From: Obrimoposthia wandeli
Lineage: Eukaryota
Direction of reading: 5' to 3'
DNA: 64,000 nt
Assembly (NCBI GenBank): GCA_977020255.1
Contig: CDROCS010004206.1
Span: 1 to 64,000 of the forward strand
The position numbers and the translations under genes are program-made. Of the stretch, positions 1-10,747 are shown piece by piece. Numbering within the stretch: position 1 is the first letter of the stretch; each line of letters opens with the position of its first letter. The notes beneath the pieces are model-generated. The model made no database searches. It was not told the DNA's origin and worked only from the letters and a program-made list of their open reading frames with translations.

Positions 1-96
1 ATGCCGACATTAATCGGGGGGAATACCAACTCACCTACGATCATGATCGCAGCCAAAGCTGCGGATATGATACTAGCGGATCATTGCTCAATTTAA
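1..96 (+). CDS. 3' end of a GMC-family oxidoreductase (choline/alcohol dehydrogenase, AlkJ-like); gene starts before the window
   Basis: Frame 1 reads [31 protein letters not shown], the C-terminal GMC motif (P.liggNTnaptimIaEkaad). Too short for the ORF track. Confidence 0.85.
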   Translation: MPTLIGGNTNSPTIMIAAKAADMILADHCSI

Positions 97-289
97 TCAT
101 TTTAGGGCATCAATAGATGCCCTATTCGTATAATAAACAATTAATAGCCCCAAAACATCAACTATGACACAACATATTGCCGAAAAACCTTATATTCAAT
201 GGCAATTTGCCATCATTCACCCCTTCTTTGCATTTATAGTTACCTCATCAATTAGTTAATCTTTTTTATTACTTCTTCAAGAAGTTTAG

Positions 290-2047
290 GTGCCCAAGAT
301 GAGCCAAGTTCAGACAAGCCATTTCAATCATAAAAAGTATCAATCTTTCCAGCAGAGCATGCCTGCGTTGAAAATGGAAAACCGCCAATGGCCGAGTAAT
401 AGCATTACTCAAGCGCCTCAATGGTGTGCGGTTGATCTACGTGATGGCAATCAAGCGTTGATTGAACCCATGTCAGTTACACAGAAGCAGCAGATGTGGC
501 ACTTGATGGTTAAGATGGGTTTTAAGCATATTGAAGTAGGCTTTCCTTCTGCATCACAACCCGATTTTGATTTCGTACGTTGGTTGATCGAAGAAGACCA
601 GATCCCTGAAGACGTCACGATTCAAGTATTAACCCAAGCGCGTGATGCATTAATCGAACGTACCTACCAGTCTTTAGACGGCGTCTCACAAGCCATTGTT
701 CACGTCTATAACTCTACGTCACCCGTGCAACGTGAAAAGGTTTTTGGTTTAGATAAACAAGGCATTATCGACATTGCTATTCGCGGTGCAGAAAAAGTAC
801 AAAGTGAATCCAAAAAATACCCGATGACCGATTGGACGTTCGAGTACTCACCTGAAAGCTTCTCTAGCACCGAAACAGATTTTGCTATTGATGTCTGCAA
901 CGCGGTCATTGATGTGTGGAAACCAACGCCAAGCAACAAGAGCATAATTAATTTACCGGCGACCGTAGAATGCGCTTCGCCTAATGTCTTCGCAGATCAA
1001 GTTGAAACCTTTTGCAACGGAGTCAATCAGCGCGAGAACATCATCATTTCAATTCATACCCATAATGATCGCGGCACTGCTGTTGCGGCTGCAGAAATGG
1101 CAATCTTAGCTGGTGCTGATCGTATTGAAGGTACCTTGATGGGCAATGGTGAACGCACAGGAAATATGGACTTGATCACCATCGCTATGAACTTGTACAG
1201 CCAAGGAATTGATCCCGAAATTGATTTGTCGATCGCTGATGAAATTGTCGCGACGGTTGAGAAATGCACTCAAATTAAAACGCACCCGCGTCACCCTTGG
1301 TTTGGTGAATTGGTCTATACCGCTTTCTCGGGTAGCCACCAAGATGCAATTAAAAAGTGCTTAACCATCCAAGAAACGAATGATGCAGAAGCAGCAGCGA
1401 AAAATACAGAAAGCCAATGGGATGTCGCTTACTTGCCGATCGACCCTAGAGACTTGGGGCGTGATTACCAATCCGTTATTCGAGTGAACAGCCAATCGGG
1501 TAAAGGCGGTGTCGCGTATATTATGGAATCTGAATTTGGTATTAACTTGCCACGCTGGATGCAAATTGAATTAAGCCAAGCCGTTCAAGCCTACAGCGTA
1601 AAGCACAGCTGCGAAGTAGATAGCGCAATGATTCATCAGATATTTCAGCAGAAGTTTGTGCAGAGAGATCATCAAAATGAACAGCAGTATCAAGTTTTAA
1701 GCTACGAGGTTCATAAACAAGGAGAGCAAGAATCTATTCAAGCAAGTATTTGCGATGGCAGCCTTCATGGAGAAGTTCAAACGATTCATGGCCAAGGAAA
1801 AGGTGTGATATCGGCATTGAGTGATGGTTTGCATAAATCCTTGGGCATTGATTTTCAAGTACAGCAGTTTGACCAAGTTGCTTTAAGCAAAGGGACCAAT
1901 GCCGTCGCGATGGCGTTTGTTCAAGTTAAAATCGATGGCAAAAAATACATTGGTATTAGTCAGCATCAAGACATAATGACTGCAACGATTAACAGTGTTT
2001 TAGCCGGCATTAATGGCTATCTACAAGGCATTGCCTTGGTCGCATAA
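290..2047 (+). CDS. leuA: 2-isopropylmalate synthase
   Basis: DLRDGNQALIEPM, HTHNDRG, GNGERTGN and VIRVNSQSGKGG motifs plus a C-terminal regulatory domain. Start may be ATG at 299. Confidence 0.95.
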   Translation: MPKMSQVQTSHFNHKKYQSFQQSMPALKMENRQWPSNSITQAPQWCAVDLRDGNQALIEPMSVTQKQQMWHLMVKMGFKHIEVGFPSASQPDFDFVRWLIEEDQIPEDVTIQVLTQARDALIERTYQSLDGVSQAIVHVYNSTSPVQREKVFGLDKQGIIDIAIRGAEKVQSESKKYPMTDWTFEYSPESFSSTETDFAIDVCNAVIDVWKPTPSNKSIINLPATVECASPNVFADQVETFCNGVNQRENIIISIHTHNDRGTAVAAAEMAILAGADRIEGTLMGNGERTGNMDLITIAMNLYSQGIDPEIDLSIADEIVATVEKCTQIKTHPRHPWFGELVYTAFSGSHQDAIKKCLTIQETNDAEAAAKNTESQWDVAYLPIDPRDLGRDYQSVIRVNSQSGKGGVAYIMESEFGINLPRWMQIELSQAVQAYSVKHSCEVDSAMIHQIFQQKFVQRDHQNEQQYQVLSYEVHKQGEQESIQASICDGSLHGEVQTIHGQGKGVISALSDGLHKSLGIDFQVQQFDQVALSKGTNAVAMAFVQVKIDGKKYIGISQHQDIMTATINSVLAGINGYLQGIALVA

Positions 2048-2083
2048 TGTGTAGTTAAAATGGATAAAGAAAGCACCAGAAAG

Positions 2084-4831
2084 CTAAATACTCTCTAGTG
2101 CTTTCAATAGTTTATCAATTAAAATCGGTTTCGATAAATGCCCAGTAAAACCGACCTCTTTCGCTTTTCGCTTACCTTCTTGTGTCACATCAGCCGTTAA
2201 AGCAAAAATAGGGAATTCCGTAAAACCCTTCATCTGACGTATCTGTTCAGTAGCTTTATAACCATCTAAAATAGGCATCTGGCAATCCATTAAAATCACA
2301 TCAAACTCTTCCTGCTGTACTCGTTCTACCGCTTTTAAGCCATTATCAACAACCACGGCCTTGATGCCTAAAATTTCAAGTAACGCTTCTATAACCAACT
2401 GGTTAATTTCATTATCTTCCGCTACTAGAATACGTAAATCTTTTACAGCCCGTTTTTCAGTGCTTGTGGTTACGGTTTTAAAGGTTTCTAACCCGTTCGG
2501 AATAATGCCTCCAAATTCCTGAGTAGGGGCAGGGATTTCTATCGACGTTTCCATTTCACATTGGAATATGAACTCAGCCCCTTCGCCCTCCTTACTTACA
2601 ATAGTGATATCGCCCTTCATTAAATGGCTAATCTCTTTTGATAACGCCAAACCTAATCCTGTTCCACCAAACTCTCTAGACGTTGAATCGTCTGCTTGCG
2701 TGAAGGCACTAAATAATTTCTTTTGATCATCGTCACTAATGCCAATACCACTGTCTTTTATCCGCACCACAATTTTATTAGTTAGATCATTTATGACCTT
2801 AACTTCAAGGGTGATTACGATAGAGCCATGCTTTGTAAACTTTAATGCGTTACTGCATAAATTAACCAGTACTTGCTCAAATCGAATTTGATCTCCTTTA
2901 AAATATAAAGCACTAGGAATGTTATTAATAAGATCCCATGTCAATCCTTTCTCTTCAGCCTGGGTTTGAAACAAAGTATTAATTTTTAGACAAGTCTGAG
3001 CTATATCAAAGCTTTCGAGAGACAAATCTAACTTATTAGCTTCTACTTTCGATATATCTAAAATATCATTTACAATATTGAGCAATAGCTCAGAAGAGAC
3101 TTCTATTTTTTTTAAATACCCCTGTATAACATCTTTATCATTGCTCAATCTTGCCAATGAAGAAAAACCAATAACGGCATTCATAGGGGTGCGTATTTCA
3201 TGACTCATATTGGCTAAAAATCGACTTTTTGCAAGACTTGAATCTTTCGACTTCTTCACCATTACTTTCAATAATTCGGTTCGTTTTTCGACTAAAACAT
3301 TCAGTTCTATTTGGCGACTATTCATCATAAGAATTAGTAACATGATAAAAGCGACTATGACAAATTCTAGAATAAATAAAATCAAATATGATTCGCTTTG
3401 CTGAAGAAAAGAGAACTCTTTATTTTCTTTTAAATATAGATTCCATAATTGGCCTGCAAGCTGAAATTCTAACTTTTCCGCATCACTATCGGTGCGTAAT
3501 AATGGATTATTATTATTTGATGAAAACCAAGCCTTAAATTCATGTTCATACAATTCATAATCAAAACGTCTATTACCCTCACTGCCTAATGCGTTATGCA
3601 TCATATTCTCTGCTAAAAATATTCCCGTCGCATACCCCTTAATCTCTTTATACTTATCGAATACAGGAAAAAACAGTAAATAGGCAGGTGCACTAACTTC
3701 TGACTGAACCAATTGAACAATCGGAGTTGCCTTAGGTTGAAAGCTAAACTCAGACTCCTTCAAGGTTACCTTTCGTTTTTTATCAGAGTACAAATTAAAC
3801 CCAATCGCTTTTATATTACCTTTCTCTGGCGCAATTAATCTCACATAGACAATAGGATCGGCGCCTAATATAGGTCTTCCACGGATAGAGATTTTGCGGC
3901 TATAAATAGCCTCAAGCTCAGCTTCGTTTTTCAGTATATCAGCTTGATTTATAATGGGATTCCATGACATTCCACTAATAGTTGGCTGATTAACAATCAA
4001 CTCATTAACAAAATTTCCGAATGTTACCCTATCAATATTTTTTGAGTTTTGAATGAAGCTGGCAAGATTTTGCAATTGTGCCATGCTGTTATTTAGCTCT
4101 CTATACAACCCATTTTCAATACTCTTAATTTCACGCTTTGTAGATTTATCTTCCGCATCATTGGAAAAATCAATAAAGAACTCAGTGAGTACTAAGACAG
4201 AAAAGAACAAAAAACTGGCAGATGACAAAATCAGTATTCGTGATTTCTTTTGCTGATACTCTATTTTGCTAAAGTTAATCAAGCTTAATAAAACAGGCGT
4301 CGCGAGTAACACCCCCATCGAATCCCCTAGCCACCAATAGAGAAAATTAATCCAATAGTTCTCTTGGCTATAGTCCGGATCAAAAGAGCTTAACGCATAA
4401 GTTCCAATACTCGATGAAATTAGATTAACCAAAATCCCGACGACTATAATTAAATATATTATTTTCTTATTTGAAGCTAAGTCCAGCGGATTCCCTAACC
4501 AGTATTTCAATAAGGCACTCCCCACCAGCGCTTGTAACGTAGCGCCCGTCGAAATTAGCATAAGCTCCGGACCATGCCCTACCAGCAAGTGATTAAAGCT
4601 ATCAGCAGGATGGACCGAATAATTAAACGCAAAAGAAGCAATAAAAACGGCAGGGAGGAATTTTAGCCACCAGATATAGCAGCCAACCAAGGCAAAACCT
4701 GCAGGCAACCAAATCGGGACAATATGTGATTGGAAGGAAATATTAGAGAGCAAGTGGCCAACCACGATATAGCCAATAAACAACCCCAAATATAGCCAAA
4801 TAGAACGTGATGAATCGGCAATCCGTACCAT
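2084..4831 (-). CDS. Hybrid sensor histidine kinase (MASE1-CHASE-HisKA-HATPase-REC)
   Basis: N-terminal multi-TM region with IVPIWLPAG and WWLGD (MASE1); periplasmic CHASE-like region; H-box FLANMSHEIRTPMN; N/G boxes NLCSNALKFT, DSGIG, GGTGLGL; receiver ILVAEDN...ILMDCQMP. Confidence 0.92.
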   Translation of the reverse strand: MVRIADSSRSIWLYLGLFIGYIVVGHLLSNISFQSHIVPIWLPAGFALVGCYIWWLKFLPAVFIASFAFNYSVHPADSFNHLLVGHGPELMLISTGATLQALVGSALLKYWLGNPLDLASNKKIIYLIIVVGILVNLISSSIGTYALSSFDPDYSQENYWINFLYWWLGDSMGVLLATPVLLSLINFSKIEYQQKKSRILILSSASFLFFSVLVLTEFFIDFSNDAEDKSTKREIKSIENGLYRELNNSMAQLQNLASFIQNSKNIDRVTFGNFVNELIVNQPTISGMSWNPIINQADILKNEAELEAIYSRKISIRGRPILGADPIVYVRLIAPEKGNIKAIGFNLYSDKKRKVTLKESEFSFQPKATPIVQLVQSEVSAPAYLLFFPVFDKYKEIKGYATGIFLAENMMHNALGSEGNRRFDYELYEHEFKAWFSSNNNNPLLRTDSDAEKLEFQLAGQLWNLYLKENKEFSFLQQSESYLILFILEFVIVAFIMLLILMMNSRQIELNVLVEKRTELLKVMVKKSKDSSLAKSRFLANMSHEIRTPMNAVIGFSSLARLSNDKDVIQGYLKKIEVSSELLLNIVNDILDISKVEANKLDLSLESFDIAQTCLKINTLFQTQAEEKGLTWDLINNIPSALYFKGDQIRFEQVLVNLCSNALKFTKHGSIVITLEVKVINDLTNKIVVRIKDSGIGISDDDQKKLFSAFTQADDSTSREFGGTGLGLALSKEISHLMKGDITIVSKEGEGAEFIFQCEMETSIEIPAPTQEFGGIIPNGLETFKTVTTSTEKRAVKDLRILVAEDNEINQLVIEALLEILGIKAVVVDNGLKAVERVQQEEFDVILMDCQMPILDGYKATEQIRQMKGFTEFPIFALTADVTQEGKRKAKEVGFTGHLSKPILIDKLLKALESI

Positions 4832-4918
4832 GTAGAAAAACTCGCTCTAAATTAACAACATATCCTTATAGGTATAGCTTAGAGCGCGGGGTTTTGCCGT
4901 ACATTTCTGCACTAATCA

Positions 4919-5788
4919 TTAAGCAATTTGCTTGAGATCATTCACTTGCTTTAGCCTTTGATCTATCTGCTTAACTGCCTGCTTGTAGCTCGGGCGTAAG
5001 TACTTCTTTAAATGCAGCGTCGCCTCCTTCGTCTTAATGCCCTTTAAACGACAAAAAAGTGCCAAAGCAAAAACACTATCCGGTTCTGTTAATGCTGGCT
5101 GACGATTTGCCATGGCGTTATAACAAGAGCCACAACCCCCTCGAAAGGTATAAGCCGAATTACTCAGTAATACCCCAAAACCCATCATACTGGCGAGTAC
5201 CTCACTGGCTTCAGCGAAAAACTGATTGCCACCCGGAGGCAGCTGCCCCGACTGAATAATCAAATGCTGAGCAATCACATGGGCATAACTCGCGCTTAAA
5301 TCTTCGGGTTTAAGGGTTTGCTGCGGATTATAGAAAACGAATAAAGGCTGCTCAGTCATGATCACAGGCACTTGCATACCATAAGCATCAGCACCTTCGT
5401 CAGCAATCGATGCATGCGGAAATGAATTACGGTGAATAAGCGCTAACTCATCCTGTGGCGCAGGCTGCACTTGGCATTCACTATTCACTTCGCGCTCAAT
5501 CATCGACTTAAGCTCAAACGGCCAATGGCGTAAACCTGCATAGCGTAACGTATGCTGAAAGATATTCTGCGCTTTTTCATCAACACTGTTCACAAGGCCA
5601 GGGAAAAACTCATTACTCGGGGCAACTAGCCGAGTTCGGTTAAAAAACTCTTCATGATCAAAGTTCTGCAGTATCCAAGCGACGGTAGAGAAAATGAAAT
5701 CAGCGCTATTTTGGTCAACCAAAGGCTTAGACTTGAATTTAGCGATTAAAAAATCAGGGGTTAAAAATGAAGGTAATAGACTTGGCAT
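4919..5788 (-). CDS. Conserved hypothetical protein with degenerate zincin-like motif and CxxC
   Basis: 289-aa ORF with normal composition; AHVIAQH...PPGG...GFGVLLSNSA...GGCGSC. Confidence 0.75.
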   Translation of the reverse strand: MPSLLPSFLTPDFLIAKFKSKPLVDQNSADFIFSTVAWILQNFDHEEFFNRTRLVAPSNEFFPGLVNSVDEKAQNIFQHTLRYAGLRHWPFELKSMIEREVNSECQVQPAPQDELALIHRNSFPHASIADEGADAYGMQVPVIMTEQPLFVFYNPQQTLKPEDLSASYAHVIAQHLIIQSGQLPPGGNQFFAEASEVLASMMGFGVLLSNSAYTFRGGCGSCYNAMANRQPALTEPDSVFALALFCRLKGIKTKEATLHLKKYLRPSYKQAVKQIDQRLKQVNDLKQIA

Positions 5789-5827
5789 TCGGCACTCTTA
5801 TCATAGCGATACAAATGGATAGAATTC

Positions 5828-5904
5828 AGCGTATTAACGTAGCAATAATCTAGTAAGAACCTAGCACTAACATAGTAAGAATCTAGTAATAATCTGGTAT
5901 TAAC
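5828..5904. repeat. Seven degenerate 11-bp tandem repeats in a divergent intergenic region
   Basis: Units: agcgtattaac, gtagcaataat, ctagtaagaac, ctagcactaac, atagtaagaat, ctagtaataat, ctggtattaac. Confidence 0.8.
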
Positions 5905-5942
5905 ATACCATAGACAGCAAATAGACGACAAAGATTCCCCCT

Positions 5943-6698
5943 ATGACGAATTTAGCAGCCCTTTTACCCGCCATTGAAATTGAATCACCGACTCATACCG
6001 CCACGGCTAGTATCATATGGCTACACGGTCTAGGCGCTAGTGGAAATGATTTTGCATCCCTCGTGCCTGAGCTAAAAAACCTGTGGCAGCAAGAAGGAAT
6101 GACTCAAAAAGACAGTTCTAAACAAGAAACAGGCTTCGATAACATTCGCTTCATCTTCCCCCATGCCGCTGAGATTCCCGTCACCATTAACGGTGGCGCA
6201 ACGATACCGGCGTGGTACGACATCTTAGACATGCCGACCCAAGTGAAAGCGGGACAATCTGCTGAGCGAAAAATCAATCAAAGCCAGCTTTTGGCTTCTG
6301 CAAAAGATATTCAACATTTAATTGATCGTGAAATAGCACGCGGCATCAAAAGTGAACGTATTTTAGTGCTTGGTTTTTCTCAAGGCGGCGCCGTCGCCTA
6401 TCACGCAGCACTGACTTATCCACAACCCCTTGCAGGCTTGGCTGGATTATCAACCTACTTCCCGATTCTGACCGACCCTAATACCTTCGTGCCGAATAAG
6501 AATAATCAACAGATCGATATTCAGATTTACCACGGCACCCTTGATGGTGTCGTCGATCAAAGCTTAGGTTTAAAAGCGCAGCAAGACCTCACCAGTCTTG
6601 GCTATCAACCGCAATACCAAGACTACCCAATGGAACATCAAGTTTGCTATGAACAAGTGCAAGACATCGCGCAGTGGATTCAGGCCAAGCTCAACTAA
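5943..6698 (+). CDS. Carboxylesterase/phospholipase (alpha/beta hydrolase)
   Basis: IIWLHGLGASG, FIFPHA, AWYDI, nucleophile GFSQGG, HGTLDGVV, MEHQV. Confidence 0.92.
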   Translation: MTNLAALLPAIEIESPTHTATASIIWLHGLGASGNDFASLVPELKNLWQQEGMTQKDSSKQETGFDNIRFIFPHAAEIPVTINGGATIPAWYDILDMPTQVKAGQSAERKINQSQLLASAKDIQHLIDREIARGIKSERILVLGFSQGGAVAYHAALTYPQPLAGLAGLSTYFPILTDPNTFVPNKNNQQIDIQIYHGTLDGVVDQSLGLKAQQDLTSLGYQPQYQDYPMEHQVCYEQVQDIAQWIQAKLN

Positions 6699-6721
6699 AA
6701 TCTGAACTAGAAAGCTCAATT

Positions 6722-6753
6722 AAAAAGCTAGGCTAATCAGCCTAGCTTTTTTT
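6722..6753. terminator. Bidirectional rho-independent terminator
   Basis: AAAAAGCTAGGCT-AATC-AGCCTAGCTTTTTTT between convergent genes. Confidence 0.9.
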
Positions 6754-6773
6754 GAATTATTGCTTCTGAATAA

Positions 6774-7385
6774 CTACTGCTTTTGAATAACCAAAAGACG
6801 ATTATTAGCCGGCATGGCTAGATTATCGATCAAGGCTAGACCTTGCTCTTTAGCCAACTGTTCAATATCAGCAATGTCTTTAATACCCGCCAAAGGATTC
6901 ACGCAGGTTTTAAGCCACTCATCCAAACCCGCATTACCTTCACTGGTATATTGCCCATTAACATTCACTGGCCCATAAATAACAAACGATCCTTTCTCTG
7001 GCAGTATCGCACTCACCTTAGTGAACATATTCACGACGCTTTCCCACGCAATGTAGTGAACGGTATTTGCGGTAAAAACATGAGATGCTGTGAATACTTG
7101 GTCGACTTCTATCAAGGGCCAAGGTTGATCAACATCCAAAACTAACGGCGGTAAAACATTGTCTAAAGCCGCATCCTCAATCCATTTCAGCATACCTTCA
7201 TGATGCTGAGGTAAGTCACTGGTCTGCCATTTAATATGCGGCAAAGCCTGTGCACAAAAAACCGCATGCTGCCCGGTACCACTGCCAATCTCTAAAACAT
7301 TCGCGGCGGTCGGTAATAAAGAATGCAGCGCATCCGCAATCGGCTGTTGATTACGTAAACATGCTTCTGAAAAAGGCTTCGTCAT
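6774..7385 (-). CDS. SAM-dependent methyltransferase (DUF938 family)
   Basis: KPFSEACLRN, VLEIGSGTGQHA, WQTSD, ANTVHY, YGP motifs. Confidence 0.88.
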   Translation of the reverse strand: MTKPFSEACLRNQQPIADALHSLLPTAANVLEIGSGTGQHAVFCAQALPHIKWQTSDLPQHHEGMLKWIEDAALDNVLPPLVLDVDQPWPLIEVDQVFTASHVFTANTVHYIAWESVVNMFTKVSAILPEKGSFVIYGPVNVNGQYTSEGNAGLDEWLKTCVNPLAGIKDIADIEQLAKEQGLALIDNLAMPANNRLLVIQKQ

Positions 7386-7492
7386 TTAATAATTCCTAAT
7401 AAGAAAAACACTAAATCAGTCAGCAAAACAATACTAAAGACTGATAGAGCTATAAAACGTAAATGCGTAATGTTGATTGAATACAAAATAAC

Positions 7493-7508
7493 AAAAACGA
7501 CTGTTTAA
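7493..7508. promoter_or_regulatory. Possible PsrA-like (TetR) operator upstream of the acyl-CoA ligase
   Basis: AAAAC-GACT-GTTTA, an AAAC-N4-GTTT core, about 20 bp before the start. Confidence 0.35.
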
Positions 7509-7528
7509 AATAATAAAAGGTATGCACT

Positions 7529-9151
7529 ATGTTAGGCAACATGATGGCCAAGCCGTTATTAATCTCTGACCTAATCGAGCACGCACAGCGCTCCAATCCA
7601 AAGTCTGAAATCGTCAGCCGCCGTTGTGAAGGCGACATCCATCGCTACACCATGAAAGACGCCGCACAGCGCAGTAAAAAAGCCGCCAATGCGTTAATAA
7701 AACTCGGCGCACAACCTTCAGATCGAATCGCTACTTTAGCATGGAACAACTACCGACATTTTGAATTGTATTTTGGCGTCTCCGGCATTGGCTCAGTGCT
7801 TCATACTATCAACCCACGCTTATTCCCCGAGCAACTGGTTTACATCATCAACCACGCAGAAGACCGCTGGATCTTTGTCGACCTCACCTTTGTGCCGTTA
7901 TTAGAATCGATTCAAGACCAGATTCCTAATGTCGAAGGCTTTGTCATCATGACCGACGAAGCCACCATGCCCACTACCACACTCAATAATGTCATCTGCT
8001 ATGAAAGCTTCATCCATGATGAGTCTGACCAAATAGAATGGCCAACGTTCGATGAAAATACCGCCGCCTCCCTCTGCTATACCTCAGGCACCACAGGCCA
8101 TCCTAAAGGCGTTCTATACAGCCACCGCTCAACCATGATCCACGCGCTATCAGAAATCAGCCGTGAAGCACTCGGCATCAGTAGCCTATCGTGTGTTTTG
8201 CCCGTAGTGCCGATGTTTCACGTGAATGCTTGGGGCGTGCCTTATGCCGCCGCCATGACCGGGGCCAAGTTGGTATTCCCAGGACAAGGTATGGACGGCG
8301 CATCGCTTTGGGAGTTAATTGAAACCGAAAAACCCGATCTATTATTGGGCGTACCCACCGTATGGCTGATGTTGCTCAATCACATGGACGAGATTGGTAA
8401 AACACTCGACTCGGTTGAAAACGTGGTTGTAGGTGGATCCGCGGCACCGCTTTCAATGATTAAAAAATTCGACGAAGTTCATAACGCATTTTTAATACAC
8501 GCTTGGGGCATGACAGAAATGTCACCGCTAGGCACTTCCAATGTGAAAACCCTCGCCATGGCAGATATGCCATTGGAAGAACGTTATAAATTACAGCAAA
8601 AACAAGGCAAGCCCGTTTTTGGTGTAGAGATGAAAATTGTAAACGACGAAGGTGTAATCCAACCCCACGATGGCATCTGCTTCGGTCGCTTATTCGTACG
8701 CGGACCTTGGGTCATTAGCCAATACTACAAAAATGAAGACATGAGCGGCTTTGAAGACGGCTGGTTAGATACTGGCGATGTGGCCACCATCGACGAAGAT
8801 CATTACCTCGGCATCGTCGATCGTTCTAAAGACGTCATCAAATCAGGCGGAGAATGGATCAGCTCGATCGACCTAGAAAATGAAGCCGTCGGCCATCCTG
8901 ATATTGTGGAAGCCTGCGTGATTGGCGTGCCTCATGAGAAATGGGATGAACGCCCTTTATTATTGGCTATTATGAAACCCGACTCAACTGCATCAGCTGA
9001 CGATATTAAAGAATTCTTAAGTGATAAAATTGCCAAGTGGTGGATGCCAGACGATGTAATATTTGTCGAAAGCTTGCCGCATACCGCAACAGGAAAACTA
9101 TTAAAAATTAATCTTAGAAAAGAATATCAAGATTATTTATTGAAGAGCTAA
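7529..9151 (+). CDS. Medium/long-chain acyl-CoA ligase (AlkK/DmdB-like)
   Basis: AMP-binding [50 protein letters not shown]. Confidence 0.93.
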   Translation: MLGNMMAKPLLISDLIEHAQRSNPKSEIVSRRCEGDIHRYTMKDAAQRSKKAANALIKLGAQPSDRIATLAWNNYRHFELYFGVSGIGSVLHTINPRLFPEQLVYIINHAEDRWIFVDLTFVPLLESIQDQIPNVEGFVIMTDEATMPTTTLNNVICYESFIHDESDQIEWPTFDENTAASLCYTSGTTGHPKGVLYSHRSTMIHALSEISREALGISSLSCVLPVVPMFHVNAWGVPYAAAMTGAKLVFPGQGMDGASLWELIETEKPDLLLGVPTVWLMLLNHMDEIGKTLDSVENVVVGGSAAPLSMIKKFDEVHNAFLIHAWGMTEMSPLGTSNVKTLAMADMPLEERYKLQQKQGKPVFGVEMKIVNDEGVIQPHDGICFGRLFVRGPWVISQYYKNEDMSGFEDGWLDTGDVATIDEDHYLGIVDRSKDVIKSGGEWISSIDLENEAVGHPDIVEACVIGVPHEKWDERPLLLAIMKPDSTASADDIKEFLSDKIAKWWMPDDVIFVESLPHTATGKLLKINLRKEYQDYLLKS

Positions 9152-9188
9152 CGTTTAGAAAGCCATTTGATCATCAAGTAGCTAAAAC

Positions 9189-9224
9189 AAAAAAGGCCCA
9201 TGCTGATTTCAACATGGGCCTTTT
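9189..9224. terminator. Bidirectional rho-independent terminator
   Basis: AAAAAAGGCCCATG-ctgatttcaa-CATGGGCCTTTT between convergent genes. Confidence 0.85.
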
Positions 9225-9265
9225 AATGATATTTCAAATGTCACACTTCAATCAATTACTCAGAA

Positions 9266-9739
9266 CTAATCTTGCACTTTAACAAGCATCACATTGCCTT
9301 CAACACCACAAATCTCAACACGCTCACCACTCTCAAGCGTTTCCAGGTTTGAGCTGGAATCTAAGCGGGCTTGCCAGTTAATCCCCGAATGGCGAATGCT
9401 GCCGCCATTACGTGTTACTTGCTCACTCACTGGTACAATTTGACCAATCATATCGCTGCTGCTATCACTGACTTTATTAGGTCCCTGCAACCTCTTGAGT
9501 GGCTTCCATAGAAGCACTGCATTTAATAAAGACAGAATGCCAACCGAAAAAACCTCCGCTTCCCAACTGCCTAATAAACCTGTCGTTACAAACACCCCAG
9601 TGATCGCGCAAGCAATGCCAATAAACAACAATGGCCCGCTTAATCCAAGTACGGTTAATTCTATAACCAGAAGAATACCGGCGAAGGCATACAATAACTT
9701 ATCGTGATTCTGCGAAAAATATTCTACAAGTTGTTCCAT
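9266..9739 (-). CDS. NfeD-family membrane protein (short form)
   Basis: Three N-terminal TM segments, C-terminal OB-fold (MIGQIV...GINWQAR...VEGNVMLV); directly downstream of an SPFH gene. Confidence 0.88.
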   Translation of the reverse strand: MEQLVEYFSQNHDKLLYAFAGILLVIELTVLGLSGPLLFIGIACAITGVFVTTGLLGSWEAEVFSVGILSLLNAVLLWKPLKRLQGPNKVSDSSSDMIGQIVPVSEQVTRNGGSIRHSGINWQARLDSSSNLETLESGERVEICGVEGNVMLVKVQD

Positions 9740-9772
9740 TTTTTTCTCTTCAGCTAATACTGTAGTGATTAC

Positions 9773-10747
9773 TTAATCGTTTAATTTTAAAGCACTGGAT
9801 ACAGAAATTGCCTGCGCGACCGTATTGGAAATATTATCGCCGGTATTACCATCGGTTAGAACAACCGTTCCTTCCGCAGCAATGGCTTTATGCGCTTCAA
9901 TAGCTTGCTGAGCCAAAGTCAATTCTACGGCTTTTATACCACCAGCCGTAGCAGCTTGCTCACCGATAGTTTTTAAAGCCATAGCATCCGCATCGGCAAC
10001 CAAGCGAATCGCTTCGGCCTTACCGGTGGCTTCCAGAACTTGCTGCTCTTTTACGCCTTCGGCCATTAATACCTGCTCTGCTTTTTGTCCTTCTGCCGCT
10101 AGAACCTGAGATCGTTTTTCACCTTCAGCTCTAGTAATAGCCGCCATTTTAACCCCTTCGGCCGTCAGAATAACCGAGCGTTTTTCACGTTCAGCGGTCA
10201 TCTGCTTTTCCATGTCTTCTTTAATAGACTGAGGCGGTGTGATGTCTTTGATCTCGTAGCGTGTTACCTGAACGCCCCAAGGCCCTGTTGCTTCTGTCAT
10301 CGCCATTAATATTTTAGCGTTAATAGCGTCTCGGTTTTGGAAACACTCATCCAACTCCATAGAACCAATCGCATTACGCATGGTAGTCATGGCTAGCTGG
10401 GTAACCGACATTTTGTAATCGGTAACATTGTTCGTCGCCGCCGCCGCATCCGTTACTTTCATGAACAGAATGCCATCAATCTGCAGGGTAATATTGTCTT
10501 TGGTAATGGCTGACTGAGAGCTGATCTCTAAAGACTGTTCTTTCAGGTTACGATCCGCTGCAACGCTCTGAATAAAAGGAATAACAAAGTTTAAACCCGC
10601 ACCCAAAGTACCGCTGTATTTACCCATAGTGTAAATAACATAGCCACGGTTTTGAGGTACGAACAGCACACCTTTCTTAAGTGCATACAAAACAACAACA
10701 GTGATCCACGCTAACGGGTTCGTTGCTATGTTTAAAAAAATGTCCAT
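9773..10747 (-). CDS. SPFH/stomatin-like (band 7) protein
   Basis: GKYSGTLGAGLNFVIPFI, AITKDN, RNAIGSMELD, WGVQVTRYEIKDI, QMTAEREKR. Confidence 0.92.
   Translation of the reverse strand: MDIFLNIATNPLAWITVVVLYALKKGVLFVPQNRGYVIYTMGKYSGTLGAGLNFVIPFIQSVAADRNLKEQSLEISSQSAITKDNITLQIDGILFMKVTDAAAATNNVTDYKMSVTQLAMTTMRNAIGSMELDECFQNRDAINAKILMAMTEATGPWGVQVTRYEIKDITPPQSIKEDMEKQMTAEREKRSVILTAEGVKMAAITRAEGEKRSQVLAAEGQKAEQVLMAEGVKEQQVLEATGKAEAIRLVADADAMALKTIGEQAATAGGIKAVELTLAQQAIEAHKAIAAEGTVVLTDGNTGDNISNTVAQAISVSSALKLND

Noticed and set aside
46-60. GMC motif reads IAAKA instead of the usual IAEKA
   Set aside because: A single substitution in a partial gene; it cannot be judged without the rest of the ORF or reads.
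164-259. 31-codon ORF upstream of leuA as a leucine attenuator leader
   Set aside because: MTQHIAEKPYIQWQFAIIHPFFAFIVTSSIS contains no Leu codon, and I saw no terminator/antiterminator pair.
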